From the IMG/VR virus record IMGVR_UViG_3300036766_000471, positions 1 through 63,778 of that record: 63,778 nt of DNA. One strand, 5' to 3'. The position numbers and the translations under genes were made by a program. The notes below the pieces were generated by a model. The model was given only the letters and a program-made list of their open reading frames with translations. It ran no database searches and was not told the origin of the DNA. This stretch comes from a virus. Lineage: Duplodnaviria; Caudoviricetes. Below are positions 55,070 through 63,778 of the stretch, one piece after another (the stretch's first letter is position 1; the number at the start of each line of letters is the position of its first letter).

Positions 55070-55323
55070 TCCGGTGCCTCTGCGTACTCCAACGTGAGCT
55101 GCTTCATCTGCTCCAGCAGACCGACCAAGGTGAACACCTTGAAGCCTGTCTCGAACGAATAGCCCGAGGCAACGCTGCCGTCACTCTGTAGAGCCACCAG
55201 CGCAAGAGATTGCAGCTCTCCCTTCTCCGCCAGCGCCAGCACGTCCTTCAGAAGTACCACCAGCTCCGGGTTCGGGGATTTCGACTTCAACAGGCCGTCG
55301 CCGTGAATCAACTTCAAGGTCAT
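55066..55323 (-). CDS. hypothetical protein
   Basis: L...LA.AE.GEL.SL.LV; ATGA coupling to gpF. Confidence 0.6.
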   Translation of the reverse strand: MTLKLIHGDGLLKSKSPNPELVVLLKDVLALAEKGELQSLALVALQSDGSVASGYSFETGFKVFTLVGLLEQMKQLTLEYAEAPE

Positions 55324-55461
55324 GTTCGATTTGCTCCCGGTGCCGTTGCACGGTGTCACACCGCTGTGGGTCCGCGCATTTCCCAGAGGGCCCAATGTCC
55401 CTTGCGATGAGGCCGCACACCGCGCACGCTGGTGGCCTCTCGTAGCCCTTCCACCCAATGG

Positions 55462-55671
55462 TCACGCTTCCCTCGCGCGTGCTCGCTGAACAGCTGCTCG
55501 CTCAAGAGCGCACGTTCGGCAATGGCGAGAACCATTGTCGTATTGGTAGGTGTTCTTCGAGCCTGAGCACGCCTGTCCGTACCCCTTCGGATTGCACTTG
55601 AGCAGCCACAACCAACAACCAGTGTTGGGCTCTGGAGTGCAACGCTCCCAGATGTACGAGACGCTGCTCAC
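55462..55671 (-). pseudogene. internally deleted HNH endonuclease remnant
   Basis: PEPNTGCWLW..GYG joined directly to NTY..G.R.CR.C; HNH core absent. Confidence 0.6.
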
Positions 55672-56054
55672 TTCGGCACCGCCACCTGAGTCTTGTAGGA
55701 CTCTGAATTTCCCATCTCGTCGAACTCCACGTGCATCCAGTCCTGTTCACGGGAGGCGACAAAACGCCGCATGCCGTCTTTGCACTGGTCGCAGGCGTAG
55801 ATGATTTCGACGATGACCATCTTCCCCCACTTCGTCTCGAAGCTCGGGTCCCCACCGAACTGATTGATGAGCACCATGTACGAATCGGGGTGGCGCCGGA
55901 GGAACTCGGCGTCGTCGGCGAGCAGCTTGGCGCACATCGCCGCGGGCTGCCCGCAGGTGGTGCACTGCCGGTTCCCGTACACCAGCTCGCGGTGATACTC
56001 GGCGGGAGTGCGGCGCCCCCCGTCGAACTTCTTCATGTGAATCGGACTCGTCAT
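55668..56054 (-). CDS. Zn-finger hypothetical protein
   Basis: CTTCG...ACDQC; coupled. Confidence 0.65.
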   Translation of the reverse strand: MTSPIHMKKFDGGRRTPAEYHRELVYGNRQCTTCGQPAAMCAKLLADDAEFLRRHPDSYMVLINQFGGDPSFETKWGKMVIVEIIYACDQCKDGMRRFVASREQDWMHVEFDEMGNSESYKTQVAVPK

Positions 56055-56335
56055 GGCTTCTCCTTGTAGAAGTTCACCCAGCGCAGGGCGTCGCTTTTAC
56101 GCTCCAGACCTCGTTGGGTGAAGCCCTGCTGCACGCGCTCCAACCTCTTCCAGCGCTGATACTCGGTGTTGTAGGCGGTCTGGCAGTCCGCCCGGATGCA
56201 CACGTACCGCTGCCGGGTCTTCGAGGGACGAGTGACGCGCCCACAGAAGACGCAGAAGCCCTCCGGTGTCTCTTCTTGCAGCGCCCGGATGACGGGGCAG
56301 CTGCTCCATGTCCGCCATTCATTCTTGGGACTCAC
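56051..56335 (-). CDS. Zn-finger hypothetical protein (start uncertain)
   Basis: CVFCG...C...C. Confidence 0.5.
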   Translation of the reverse strand: MSPKNEWRTWSSCPVIRALQEETPEGFCVFCGRVTRPSKTRQRYVCIRADCQTAYNTEYQRWKRLERVQQGFTQRGLERKSDALRWVNFYKEKP

Positions 56336-56549
56336 GAAGCCCCAGCTGTCGTCGAAACTCTCGGAGCACGGAAATGTGGAAAGCGAGTCGTTCTTCAAGG
56401 ACAACAACCCTTGCGCGGAGCAGGTCAATTTCTTCTCGGGCCGGACAACAATCTGGAGGCGGGCCAAGTGACACCTCATGTGTCAAGGAATGCGCGGCGC
56501 AGCCGAGCACGAACGAGAGCGGGACTACCGCCCAGAAGAGCAGCTTCAT
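56319..56549 (-). CDS. putative lipoprotein
   Basis: MKLLFWAVVPLSFVLG-C lipobox. Confidence 0.55.
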   Translation of the reverse strand: MKLLFWAVVPLSFVLGCAAHSLTHEVSLGPPPDCCPAREEIDLLRARVVVLEERLAFHISVLREFRRQLGLRESQE

Positions 56550-56558
56550 CGGGGCCTC

Positions 56559-58433
56559 TTAGACGGTGGGAGGCTGCGGCGCGGCGGGCGGCACCGGGAG
56601 AGCTTCCCCCGGTTGAGGCGGCGGCTGCTCCCCACCACCCAGCATCTGGGAGAACATGTCGGCTTGACCCCCTGCCGCGGCCTCGCGCACCTTGTCGAGC
56701 AAGTCACTCTTGTCTTCGACCTTGAAGTAGGGCGCGACGAACCCGACTGCCGTCTCGTCGTCGATGACGCCCCCCGTGAGCGCTGCCACGGCAGCTGTCG
56801 CGGCCTTGTTCACGTCGTCGAGAGAGGGCTGGAAGTAACCGGGCCACTTCAACGTGATGGTGCCACCAGCGCCGGGGATGCGCTCCTTGGGCACCATGGC
56901 CCCGGTGACATCCTTCTCGTACCGGGGCGGGACCAGCACGGTGCCACGGACGATGGTCGGCTGCTGCGCGCCACCCACGATGCCATCCGTCACCTCACCA
57001 GCACCACCCACGGAGCTGCCGGTGTTGCTCTCAGGCGTCTCCAGCTGCGGCGTCGAGCCCTCCAGCGGGTTGACCTCGGGGCCGGGAGGGAGCTGCGGCG
57101 GCACGAGTTGGGGGGCTTCCTGTGGCGAGATTGACCGAGGCTGGCCCACGATCGTCGCCGCGCGGTACATCATCTCCAGCAGCGGAATGACGCCACGCTG
57201 CCCGTACTGTTCGCGGTACACGTCGGCCTTGGAGAGCATCGCTTGGTACATGCGCTCCACCTCAGTCGCCGTCTTGCCCGCGGTATCCGGGTGCTCAAGC
57301 ACGCACGCCGTCATCTCCAGCACGTTCTTGCGGAACTGCTCTGCCTGCTCCATCGCTGCCTTCGGGCCGCTGGCTTGGAGTTCGAGGTAGCTGGCGCTGC
57401 CATCGGGCACACGGAGGGCGTTGTCGCTGCCCACGCGCACCTCGTTCAACTCCGCCTTGCTGGTGATGACCAGCGTCGGGTCACAGTTCGCGATGATGCC
57501 GCGGTGCGCCTGCGCGATGAGGGCGTCGATTGCTTCCGCCGTCTGGAACGCCGCGGGGGGCAGGTCCGGGTCCCCATCCTCTGAGTCCTGCACCGGGGCG
57601 TTCTGCACCCACACCACCGGGCAGAAGCCGAAGTTGTGCACCGCCTCGCGTGCCACAACCCACTCCGGCTCTTCGCCCTGCTCTACCGCAGCAGGCTCGA
57701 AGAGGGTGTCCTTCTCCTTGTCGATGACGCGCCGGTACCAGAACTCCTTGGTCGCCCACTTGAGCGTCTGCGGGTCGAGAATCTCCTTCGGGTAGCGGTA
57801 GCGCTTCTCCAGCGCCACCAGCTCCATCGAACCGTGCTCCACGAACTCGGGGAAGAGCCACCGCGGGTCGTGAACCTCCACCACCGGCTTGCCGTTCACG
57901 AACTGGAAGCCGATGGCGACGCTGCCCATCGCCCCGCCATAGGTGCGCGCGAGGAACAGCTGCTGCCAGAGACGGGACACCTGCACGACTGCGCGAAGCC
58001 AGTCCTCGGTGTTCGGGTCGCCCTCCACCTTGACCTCGGGGTGCTGCTGCTCGCTGAAGAGCAGGCCCGAGAAGCGGTCCACGATTGTCTTCGGCAGTGA
58101 GTAAGGCGCGGTGGGGCGGCGGAACTTGAGCGGGAACCCAGCGTTTGACTGCTGAGCACCATTGACGAAACCGGGCGGGAGGTAGCCAGCATGCGCCACC
58201 ACCTCCGACGACATGCGATCGAGGTGCTCTCGCCCGTTCCAGTCGAGCTTGCGGCTCTCGTACTGCTGGCAACGGTAGATCGCCCACAGGTGGTTCAGCT
58301 CCTGCTGACGTTCAGTGAGGCCCAGCCGCCCGATGCGCCCCATGGCGTTCTGCGCCATATCCTTCGAGCCGAGTTTGCCCGTGAGGACGTTCACCATGCG
58401 ACCGAGCAAACCGGGAGTTGCGGGCAGACCCAT
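56559..58433 (-). CDS. portal protein
   Basis: 624 aa upstream of gpF; IVDRF..LLF, HNFGFCPVVW, D.DG.PD, W..YF.P. Confidence 0.85.
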   Translation of the reverse strand: MGLPATPGLLGRMVNVLTGKLGSKDMAQNAMGRIGRLGLTERQQELNHLWAIYRCQQYESRKLDWNGREHLDRMSSEVVAHAGYLPPGFVNGAQQSNAGFPLKFRRPTAPYSLPKTIVDRFSGLLFSEQQHPEVKVEGDPNTEDWLRAVVQVSRLWQQLFLARTYGGAMGSVAIGFQFVNGKPVVEVHDPRWLFPEFVEHGSMELVALEKRYRYPKEILDPQTLKWATKEFWYRRVIDKEKDTLFEPAAVEQGEEPEWVVAREAVHNFGFCPVVWVQNAPVQDSEDGDPDLPPAAFQTAEAIDALIAQAHRGIIANCDPTLVITSKAELNEVRVGSDNALRVPDGSASYLELQASGPKAAMEQAEQFRKNVLEMTACVLEHPDTAGKTATEVERMYQAMLSKADVYREQYGQRGVIPLLEMMYRAATIVGQPRSISPQEAPQLVPPQLPPGPEVNPLEGSTPQLETPESNTGSSVGGAGEVTDGIVGGAQQPTIVRGTVLVPPRYEKDVTGAMVPKERIPGAGGTITLKWPGYFQPSLDDVNKAATAAVAALTGGVIDDETAVGFVAPYFKVEDKSDLLDKVREAAAGGQADMFSQMLGGGEQPPPQPGEALPVPPAAPQPPTV

Positions 58434-58442
58434 GGACTTCTC

Positions 58443-58997
58443 CTAGCTCGGCAGCTGCGTGAAGTCTTTGGGCTCCGGGCGCTCGGAAACGTACTTCATC
58501 CCCTTCGCCTTGGCCTTCGTGAACTTGGTGGCTGCCCGGTTCCGCTTCAACAACGAGAGGTAGTCCACGAAGACGATGCCGTCGAGGTGGTCAATCTCGT
58601 GTTGCAGCGCGTGCGCGAGCTTGCCGTCCCCCGCGATTTCAATCTTGGCCCCGTGCTCATCCTGCGCTTCGACCCGCACCCACATCGAGCGCTCCACCAT
58701 CTCGAAGTGCCCCGGCAGCGAAAGGCACCCCTCACGCAAGTGCACCTTGCCCTTGCGCTCCTTGATGACCGGGTTGCAGAGCTTCAACACCTGCCGTGTG
58801 TCCTCAGCGTCCACCAACAGCGTGATGCAGCGCAGAGGGAAGCCCAGCTGCACCGCCGCGAGCCCAGCCCCGCGGGCGTTGAGCATCGACTGCTCCATGT
58901 CGTTGAGCAGCGTTTGAAGCTCAGGGCCGAAGTCGGTGATGCCCTCGCTCTTCCGCTTCAAGCACGAGTCCGGCCAGATGATGATTTCACGAATCAC
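58443..58997 (-). CDS. def: peptide deformylase
   Basis: GAGLAAVQ, EGCLS and QHEIDHLDG motifs all intact. Confidence 0.95.
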   Translation of the reverse strand: MIREIIIWPDSCLKRKSEGITDFGPELQTLLNDMEQSMLNARGAGLAAVQLGFPLRCITLLVDAEDTRQVLKLCNPVIKERKGKVHLREGCLSLPGHFEMVERSMWVRVEAQDEHGAKIEIAGDGKLAHALQHEIDHLDGIVFVDYLSLLKRNRAATKFTKAKAKGMKYVSERPEPKDFTQLPS

Positions 58998-58998
58998 G

Positions 58999-59562
58999 CT
59001 ACAGCTCCTTGTACCTGCATGCCGCCATCATTCGCAAAACCATCGGGCGGGAAAGAAACACGAAGCCGGAGGTACCACGATCTCCCAGCCCCTGCTTGGT
59101 GAGCCACTCGTCGTAGTCCTCCAGCGCCTGCTCCACCCCGTTCACCTTCCACGAGCCGTGCGTCGTGTCCGACGAATTGTCGAGTACCTGCTCACAGAGG
59201 TGAGCCATCTCGTGGCAAAGCCCCGCGAGGCTGGGGCCGACCACGAGGGTGTACTCCTGTCCCCGCCGCCCCCACAGCACACCCCAACGCTCGGAGTCCT
59301 TCACGTGCACCCGCACATAGTGGCCCACCAGCGCGAGGTTCGCGGCGGTCCACGGAGTACGTGCGATGAGGCTGCTCTCCGCCGCCTGCAACGCCTTGGC
59401 GATGAGGAAGGGGTTGGAGTCCACCCGAGAGCACCACTTCGAGCCGGGGTAGTAGCCGTAGATCGGCAACCAGATGGGGAAGGTGTCCCGCAGCCACAGG
59501 AACAGCACCAACAACGCGGCCAACGCGAGGGCTACGACCACCCCAACCGTCGTGCTGTCCAC
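58999..59562 (-). CDS. membrane-anchored HEXXH protein
   Basis: N-terminal TM; LCHEMAH. Confidence 0.6.
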   Translation of the reverse strand: MDSTTVGVVVALALAALLVLFLWLRDTFPIWLPIYGYYPGSKWCSRVDSNPFLIAKALQAAESSLIARTPWTAANLALVGHYVRVHVKDSERWGVLWGRRGQEYTLVVGPSLAGLCHEMAHLCEQVLDNSSDTTHGSWKVNGVEQALEDYDEWLTKQGLGDRGTSGFVFLSRPMVLRMMAACRYKEL

Positions 59563-59565
59563 AGC

Positions 59566-60066
59566 TCACCCCGTCTTGTTCGCCTTCGCCGCTTCTTCTG
59601 CCGCGATGGACTTCCGCTCCGCTTCGCGCCGCAGCTTGTCGCGGTGAATGTACTTCGGCAACTCTCGGAGGATGGCGTCGGCGTACTCACACGCCATCTG
59701 CGCAAGCTGGTCCGAACGCATGCGGTTACCCGCCGCCCCTTCGCCGAGCACGCCAGCGGCAATCATCGCCGTGAGGGTGACGCGATGCCCTTCGAGCTTG
59801 TCCTCTTCGTCCCACTTCTCCCGCAGCTTGCGCTCTTCCTCCCAGCGCAGCTCCATCGCGAGGGAAGCCTTCTCCACGTGCTGGCGAATCTGCTCCACCA
59901 CCTCGCCACCGGGCGCCTGCCCGCGCGGACGTGCAAGCGCAACGACTTCGCCTTCCGCCTTGCGCGGGATGTTGGCTTCCGCGCAGCTCTCGCAAATGTC
60001 GTCACCCGCGAACATCACCCCACCGCACTTCGGGCACACCTCGGTGGTGACGTACTCGCCGCTCAT
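59566..60066 (-). CDS. hypothetical protein
   Basis: CPKC..CESC; ADAILREL motif. Confidence 0.6.
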   Translation of the reverse strand: MSGEYVTTEVCPKCGGVMFAGDDICESCAEANIPRKAEGEVVALARPRGQAPGGEVVEQIRQHVEKASLAMELRWEEERKLREKWDEEDKLEGHRVTLTAMIAAGVLGEGAAGNRMRSDQLAQMACEYADAILRELPKYIHRDKLRREAERKSIAAEEAAKANKTG

Positions 60067-60353
60067 CGTTGGGCCTTGTCCAGTTCTGCGAGAAGAAGGT
60101 CCGCGCACCGTACCGCCATCGAGGCCATGCGCGAGAGGTTGGCTTCGCTGGCGTTCGCCCCGTTGTGCATCAGCAGCGCCTGCATCATCGCCGAGCTGAA
60201 CGTGGCGCGCCGTGTCTCGTGGAGTTGCTCCTTCTGCGTCGGAAGCGCCATCGCCTTGGTGAGCGGGATGATGGGCTGGGGACGCTCACCAACGATGTCC
60301 TTGAGGGGATCGTTCGGTGTCCACGCCGGTCGAGGTTGGTCGAAGTCAGCCAC
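60063..60353 (-). CDS. hypothetical protein
   Basis: AMMQALL...ADLLLAEL motif. Confidence 0.65.
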   Translation of the reverse strand: MADFDQPRPAWTPNDPLKDIVGERPQPIIPLTKAMALPTQKEQLHETRRATFSSAMMQALLMHNGANASEANLSRMASMAVRCADLLLAELDKAQR

Positions 60354-60942
60354 GGTTGGCTGCCTCTACCATCTGTCGGGCGATGTCCTCCAGTGCGTAG
60401 GCCAGCGCCTTCTGCTTGTTGCGCGATTCCGCCACAGCCCGGAAGCCAAACCCTTCGATGCGGCATAGCCACATGTCACCCTCCTGCACGTAGAGCACCG
60501 TGCGCATGCCGTCAGGCAAGTCCTTGATGGGCGGCTTGGGCTCAGGCACCGGCTTGGCGATGAGGTCCGCCATGCCCGCGTCCTTAAGCAAGCCGTCGCC
60601 CAGCACCTTCACCACCTCGGGGCTCGGCGGCGGGAACTTGGGCCCCGCCTTCGGGTCGCCCCACTTCATCTCCCGGTCCTTCGCGTCGTCCTTCAGCGCC
60701 TGCTCCAGCGCTGCACCCTTCAGCTCTCCACCCATCGGTTCAGCCTCCTGTTTCTTGACACATACTCCATCGAGCGCGGCGCGCACAGCCTCCCGCTGCT
60801 GGTACTCGGCGAACCGCTTGGGGAGGAACAAGCTGCCGCAGAGATTGCAGACCCAGTGGCCCCAGATCGAACCGGGGTGCGTCTCGCTGGGGAAGGTCCG
60901 GTACTCCACCCGCAAGCACGCGCAGCTCGCGTCGTCGCTCAT
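60346..60942 (-). CDS. hypothetical protein
   Basis: Coupled ORF; W.C..CG..F. Confidence 0.6.
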   Translation of the reverse strand: MSDDASCACLRVEYRTFPSETHPGSIWGHWVCNLCGSLFLPKRFAEYQQREAVRAALDGVCVKKQEAEPMGGELKGAALEQALKDDAKDREMKWGDPKAGPKFPPPSPEVVKVLGDGLLKDAGMADLIAKPVPEPKPPIKDLPDGMRTVLYVQEGDMWLCRIEGFGFRAVAESRNKQKALAYALEDIARQMVEAANRG

Positions 60943-61328
60943 GGTTTTCTCGGATGTTCTGCACGATAGCGGGCAAGCGCATCAAGAACGTCTTTCGACA
61001 GCTCGCCCGATTCATGTGGCACCTCGCACCCAACGCAGTGGTCGGCGCCGTGGTCTTCCAGTGCCTTCGCCAACGCCTCGGCATGCGCAAGAGCCCGGTC
61101 AGCCCGACGCCCCTCCAGCACCAGTGCGTGCTGCGCACCGGACAGCGCGTCGCGCTCCTTCAACGTCTTCGCGTGCGCCTCCTGCTCAGCGAACCACGCT
61201 TCCTTGAAGTCATCGGCTGCTGCGACGGTGGCGATGCAGCGCTCCACGAGTGTCGAAGAGAAGCCTCCGAGGTGCAGGCTCCGAGCGTCTTCCTTCGTTA
61301 GTGGTTGCGCCTTCCCCTCAGCGTTCAT
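60939..61328 (-). CDS. hypothetical protein
   Basis: ATGA coupling; EQEAHAKTL. Confidence 0.6.
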   Translation of the reverse strand: MNAEGKAQPLTKEDARSLHLGGFSSTLVERCIATVAAADDFKEAWFAEQEAHAKTLKERDALSGAQHALVLEGRRADRALAHAEALAKALEDHGADHCVGCEVPHESGELSKDVLDALARYRAEHPRKP

Positions 61329-61678
61329 CGGTAGATTCCTTGTGGGTCAGCGCGCAGCCACCGCCGCTGGCAGCATTGGCACGCCGAGTCCTCGAAGTTC
61401 GGCTGCCCACACGGCATCGTGAGGGCCGTGCCGAGCCGCACCGCCTTCTCGTGGAGAGCATCGCGCACCGCCTCCAGCTCCTTCACCTGAGCGAGCGTCT
61501 TGGCGTGCGCTTCCTGCTCATCGTGCCACGCCACCGTCAGGTCTTCTGACTTCCGACGCGCGGCAAGCAGCTCGTGCTCCAACTCCTTCTTCGTCGAAGG
61601 CTTGTGATTGTTCGTCCAGCACTCCGCCGAGTGCCGAATCATCCCGTCGCTGAAGTCGCCCTTGCAACAGTCGCTCAT
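61325..61678 (-). CDS. hypothetical protein
   Basis: ATGA coupling; EQEAHAKTL. Confidence 0.6.
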   Translation of the reverse strand: MSDCCKGDFSDGMIRHSAECWTNNHKPSTKKELEHELLAARRKSEDLTVAWHDEQEAHAKTLAQVKELEAVRDALHEKAVRLGTALTMPCGQPNFEDSACQCCQRRWLRADPQGIYR

Positions 61679-61839
61679 GGCTTCAGCACCTTGTCGATGT
61701 CCGCAATCGTCTCTTGCATCAGCTTCGAGAAACGCGCGTCCCTCTCGCTGCAATCTTCGTCCGGGGTGTTGCGCTCCATGTACTCAAGCACCGCGCGTGC
61801 CTGTAACAGCACCTGCCTCAACTTCTCTCTGTCGCTCAT
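61675..61839 (-). CDS. small hypothetical protein
   Basis: ATGA coupling on both sides. Confidence 0.55.
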   Translation of the reverse strand: MSDREKLRQVLLQARAVLEYMERNTPDEDCSERDARFSKLMQETIADIDKVLKP

Positions 61840-62135
61840 GTCCCCGCCTTCACGATCGCCCCACACTCGCCGCAGACGCCCGCGTGCTCCGGGTCAGTTC
61901 CACTGCCACCACAGCGGTGGCAAACATCAGCACCCATCAGCCGCGAGGCAGCCTCCTTCGCGGCGTTCTTGTAGGGCTGCCAGTCTTCCAGCTTCCCCAC
62001 CACCAACTCGAACCCCATCGCCTCGGCAATCTGGGCTGCACGGTGGGTGCACCGCCCGCACATCGCCGTCGTTTGACCGGGCCAGTACACCACCCGGTCG
62101 GCATCTCGCGCGCAATCGACAGAGCCACAGTTCAC
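61836..62135 (-). CDS. Cys-rich hypothetical protein
   Basis: GTGA coupling; CHRCGGSG...CGEC. Confidence 0.55.
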   Translation of the reverse strand: MNCGSVDCARDADRVVYWPGQTTAMCGRCTHRAAQIAEAMGFELVVGKLEDWQPYKNAAKEAASRLMGADVCHRCGGSGTDPEHAGVCGECGAIVKAGT

Positions 62136-62464
62136 CCGCCCAACCTCCAGATCGTCTCTTCGTTGTCGTACCGGGCGCGAATCGCGCGCAGTGCGTCGGC
62201 AACCGAACCGTAGAGCTTGGTCTGCTCCGCTCTGAGCGTGTTCGTTTTCACACCAAACCAGCGGACCACGTACACCGGGACCAGCCCCCGCTTCTGCGAC
62301 AGCAGCGCGTAGCACTCGTGCACGTGCTCGAACACCGCTGCCCCGGTGTTCCACAGGCGCATCTGCACCCCCTCATCGAGGGAACCGACCACGTGCCCAG
62401 TGGATGCGCTCCCACCCATGCCCAAGGTGTTCGCGAGGTCCTCAGCCTCCTTGAACCAGCCCAT
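62132..62464 (-). CDS. hypothetical protein
   Basis: TGATG coupling. Confidence 0.55.
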   Translation of the reverse strand: MGWFKEAEDLANTLGMGGSASTGHVVGSLDEGVQMRLWNTGAAVFEHVHECYALLSQKRGLVPVYVVRWFGVKTNTLRAEQTKLYGSVADALRAIRARYDNEETIWRLGG

Positions 62465-62718
62465 CAGTCTGCGCCGAGCATTCGAGCCGCGTCCTGTGCC
62501 ACCTGCGCCTCGCTGAGCAGGTTGTCCACGCGCTCCCACGATTCGGTGCCGTCGTCGAATCGCACCCGTGCGTCATTGCCAGCGGCAACGAGTACGACAC
62601 CGCGTTGTTGAGGCTCGAAGAACTCCACCCGCTCTACCTCTCCGGTGGTCTGGTGCACGCGAAGGCTGCCAGCCCGGTCTGGGCGGTACACCACCATGCC
62701 TTCTGCCACCCACTTCAT
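62464..62718 (-). CDS. hypothetical protein (SH3-like)
   Basis: GVV....ARVRFDDG. Confidence 0.55.
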   Translation of the reverse strand: MKWVAEGMVVYRPDRAGSLRVHQTTGEVERVEFFEPQQRGVVLVAAGNDARVRFDDGTESWERVDNLLSEAQVAQDAARMLGAD

Positions 62719-62960
62719 TCTCCGCTCATCACCGCGTCGTAGACCTCCGAGCGCTCTTCGTCGGCGAGGTCCTTCCACTGGTACTTCTTCAGCGTCACGC
62801 CTTCCCAGCAGGCGAAGAGGTGTTGCAGCTCGCCAATGCGGAAGCCGGTGGGGTTGACGCGCGCCTGCGCGAGCATCGAGCGGTAGCGATTCAGGTGGAT
62901 GTCGGCGAGCCGCTTCAGCTCTTCAGGTGACACCAGCTCAGCGGGAAGTTCGAGGCTCAC
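62715..62960 (-). CDS. hypothetical protein
   Basis: GTGA coupling. Confidence 0.55.
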   Translation of the reverse strand: MSLELPAELVSPEELKRLADIHLNRYRSMLAQARVNPTGFRIGELQHLFACWEGVTLKKYQWKDLADEERSEVYDAVMSGE

Positions 62961-63193
62961 GTGGCACTCCGCGGAACCACGGTGCAGGTCTTCGCCTCGG
63001 TGTCGATTTCCACCGTCAGGTACTCCCCAAACTCGAACCACTGCTTGCACAGCTCGGAGAGCTTCCCGCACCGGATTTCAGCCACAGCAGCGGCTTCGTC
63101 TTTGTCCTCAATGACCCTCACGTCCAGCTCCACCGCCTCACGAATCGCTTCGCCGAGTGTGTCCGGGTCCTTCATCGTCACTTTGAACTTCAT
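62957..63193 (-). CDS. hypothetical protein
   Basis: GAGG RBS; MKFKVTMKDPD...WFEFGEY..VEIDT. Confidence 0.7.
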   Translation of the reverse strand: MKFKVTMKDPDTLGEAIREAVELDVRVIEDKDEAAAVAEIRCGKLSELCKQWFEFGEYLTVEIDTEAKTCTVVPRSAT

Positions 63194-63227
63194 GCCTACC
63201 TCTTGCCCCAAGCCCTGCGTTTTTTCC

Positions 63228-63554
63228 TCAAGGGCTGAGCGGAGAGCCCCCGAGGCGCACCGCTGCCTCGAACACCAGCAGCCTGCGCTTGGCCTTCCGC
63301 ACCGCCTTCTTGAAGGTGGTCGCCGTCTGGCATCGCTCTGTCTCGAAGGCCATCACCGAGATGTAGAAGCCGGTCTTCTTCTCCGGGTGCTTCCACATGT
63401 CCTTCTGCTTCGAGAGCGGCACGATGCGCTCACCGACGTAGAGCGTCGCGCCTTCCACACCGCGCAGGTGCACACGCCGGAGCCAGCGCTTCACCCGCAG
63501 CCCACCACCAGTGGGCACGATGGTGAACTGCCTCTCTTGCTTCAGCTTGCTCAC
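63228..63554 (-). CDS. basic hypothetical protein
   Basis: GTGA coupling. Confidence 0.5.
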   Translation of the reverse strand: MSKLKQERQFTIVPTGGGLRVKRWLRRVHLRGVEGATLYVGERIVPLSKQKDMWKHPEKKTGFYISVMAFETERCQTATTFKKAVRKAKRRLLVFEAAVRLGGSPLSP

Positions 63555-63778
63555 CTCTTGGCCCGCTTCTCCGCGAGGTCCGCGTCTTTGAGCACACTCA
63601 TCAGCTCCCGCTCCAAGTTGGACGCCTTCGCACGTAGGCACTTGGCTGCATGCGCCCGCGCCTCCGCCTCAGTGGGGAACACCTCGTTGAAAGGGGCGAC
63701 CGCTTTGTAGGAAGACGCCTCGCAGCGATCCACCATCTCCAACCCGTCCTTGCGCACGGTCTTCACCGTGCCCCAAAC
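63551..63778 (-). CDS. hypothetical protein, 5'-truncated by window
   Basis: Open frame to window edge; F.TE.EA motif. Confidence 0.5.
   Translation of the reverse strand, partial: VWGTVKTVRKDGLEMVDRCEASSYKAVAPFNEVFPTEAEARAHAAKCLRAKASNLERELMSVLKDADLAEKRAKR

Noticed and set aside
1-63778. Many long plus-strand and alternate-frame ORFs (e.g. 670..1731, 4996..6636, 47399..48778, 58936..60468)
   Set aside because: They are antisense or off-frame shadows of GC3-rich real genes, with no motifs or RBS.
1-63778. CRISPR array, tRNA, rRNA, integrase/att site
   Set aside because: No regularly spaced repeats, cloverleaf or recombinase motifs seen by eye; lifestyle cannot be determined from this window.

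Overview
GC-rich segment of a tailed, contractile-tail (myovirus-type) phage or prophage, read almost entirely on the minus strand. From right to left: about 15 small hypothetical genes, a peptide deformylase, portal, Mu gpF-like head protein and thermonuclease. These are followed by a cluster of small head-associated genes, scaffold, major capsid, neck, sheath, tube, a chaperone with a candidate -1 frameshift, tape measure, baseplate, two large fibre genes and further virion genes. The late region ends in a lysis cassette with an amidase endolysin. Next comes an early region with divergent sigma70-type promoters, a resolvase-like nuclease, a DUF932-like protein, a MoxR AAA+/vWA-metallopeptidase pair, a sigma factor, a ParB-domain protein and an SF2 helicase. 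No terminase, integrase, tRNA or CRISPR array was seen. Most notable: (1) four tandem small charged proteins upstream of scaffold/capsid share a C-terminal [S/A]-P-F-[T/K]-[I/V/T]-[K/G] motif, a candidate capsid-cargo targeting system. (2) Free-standing HNH/EndoVII genes sit next to AT-shifted ends of host genes, and one clearly carries a recoded duplicate of the N-terminus it interrupted. (3) An apparent deletion or frameshift fuses three virion genes into one ORF. All annotations come from motif recognition by eye; no database searches were run.
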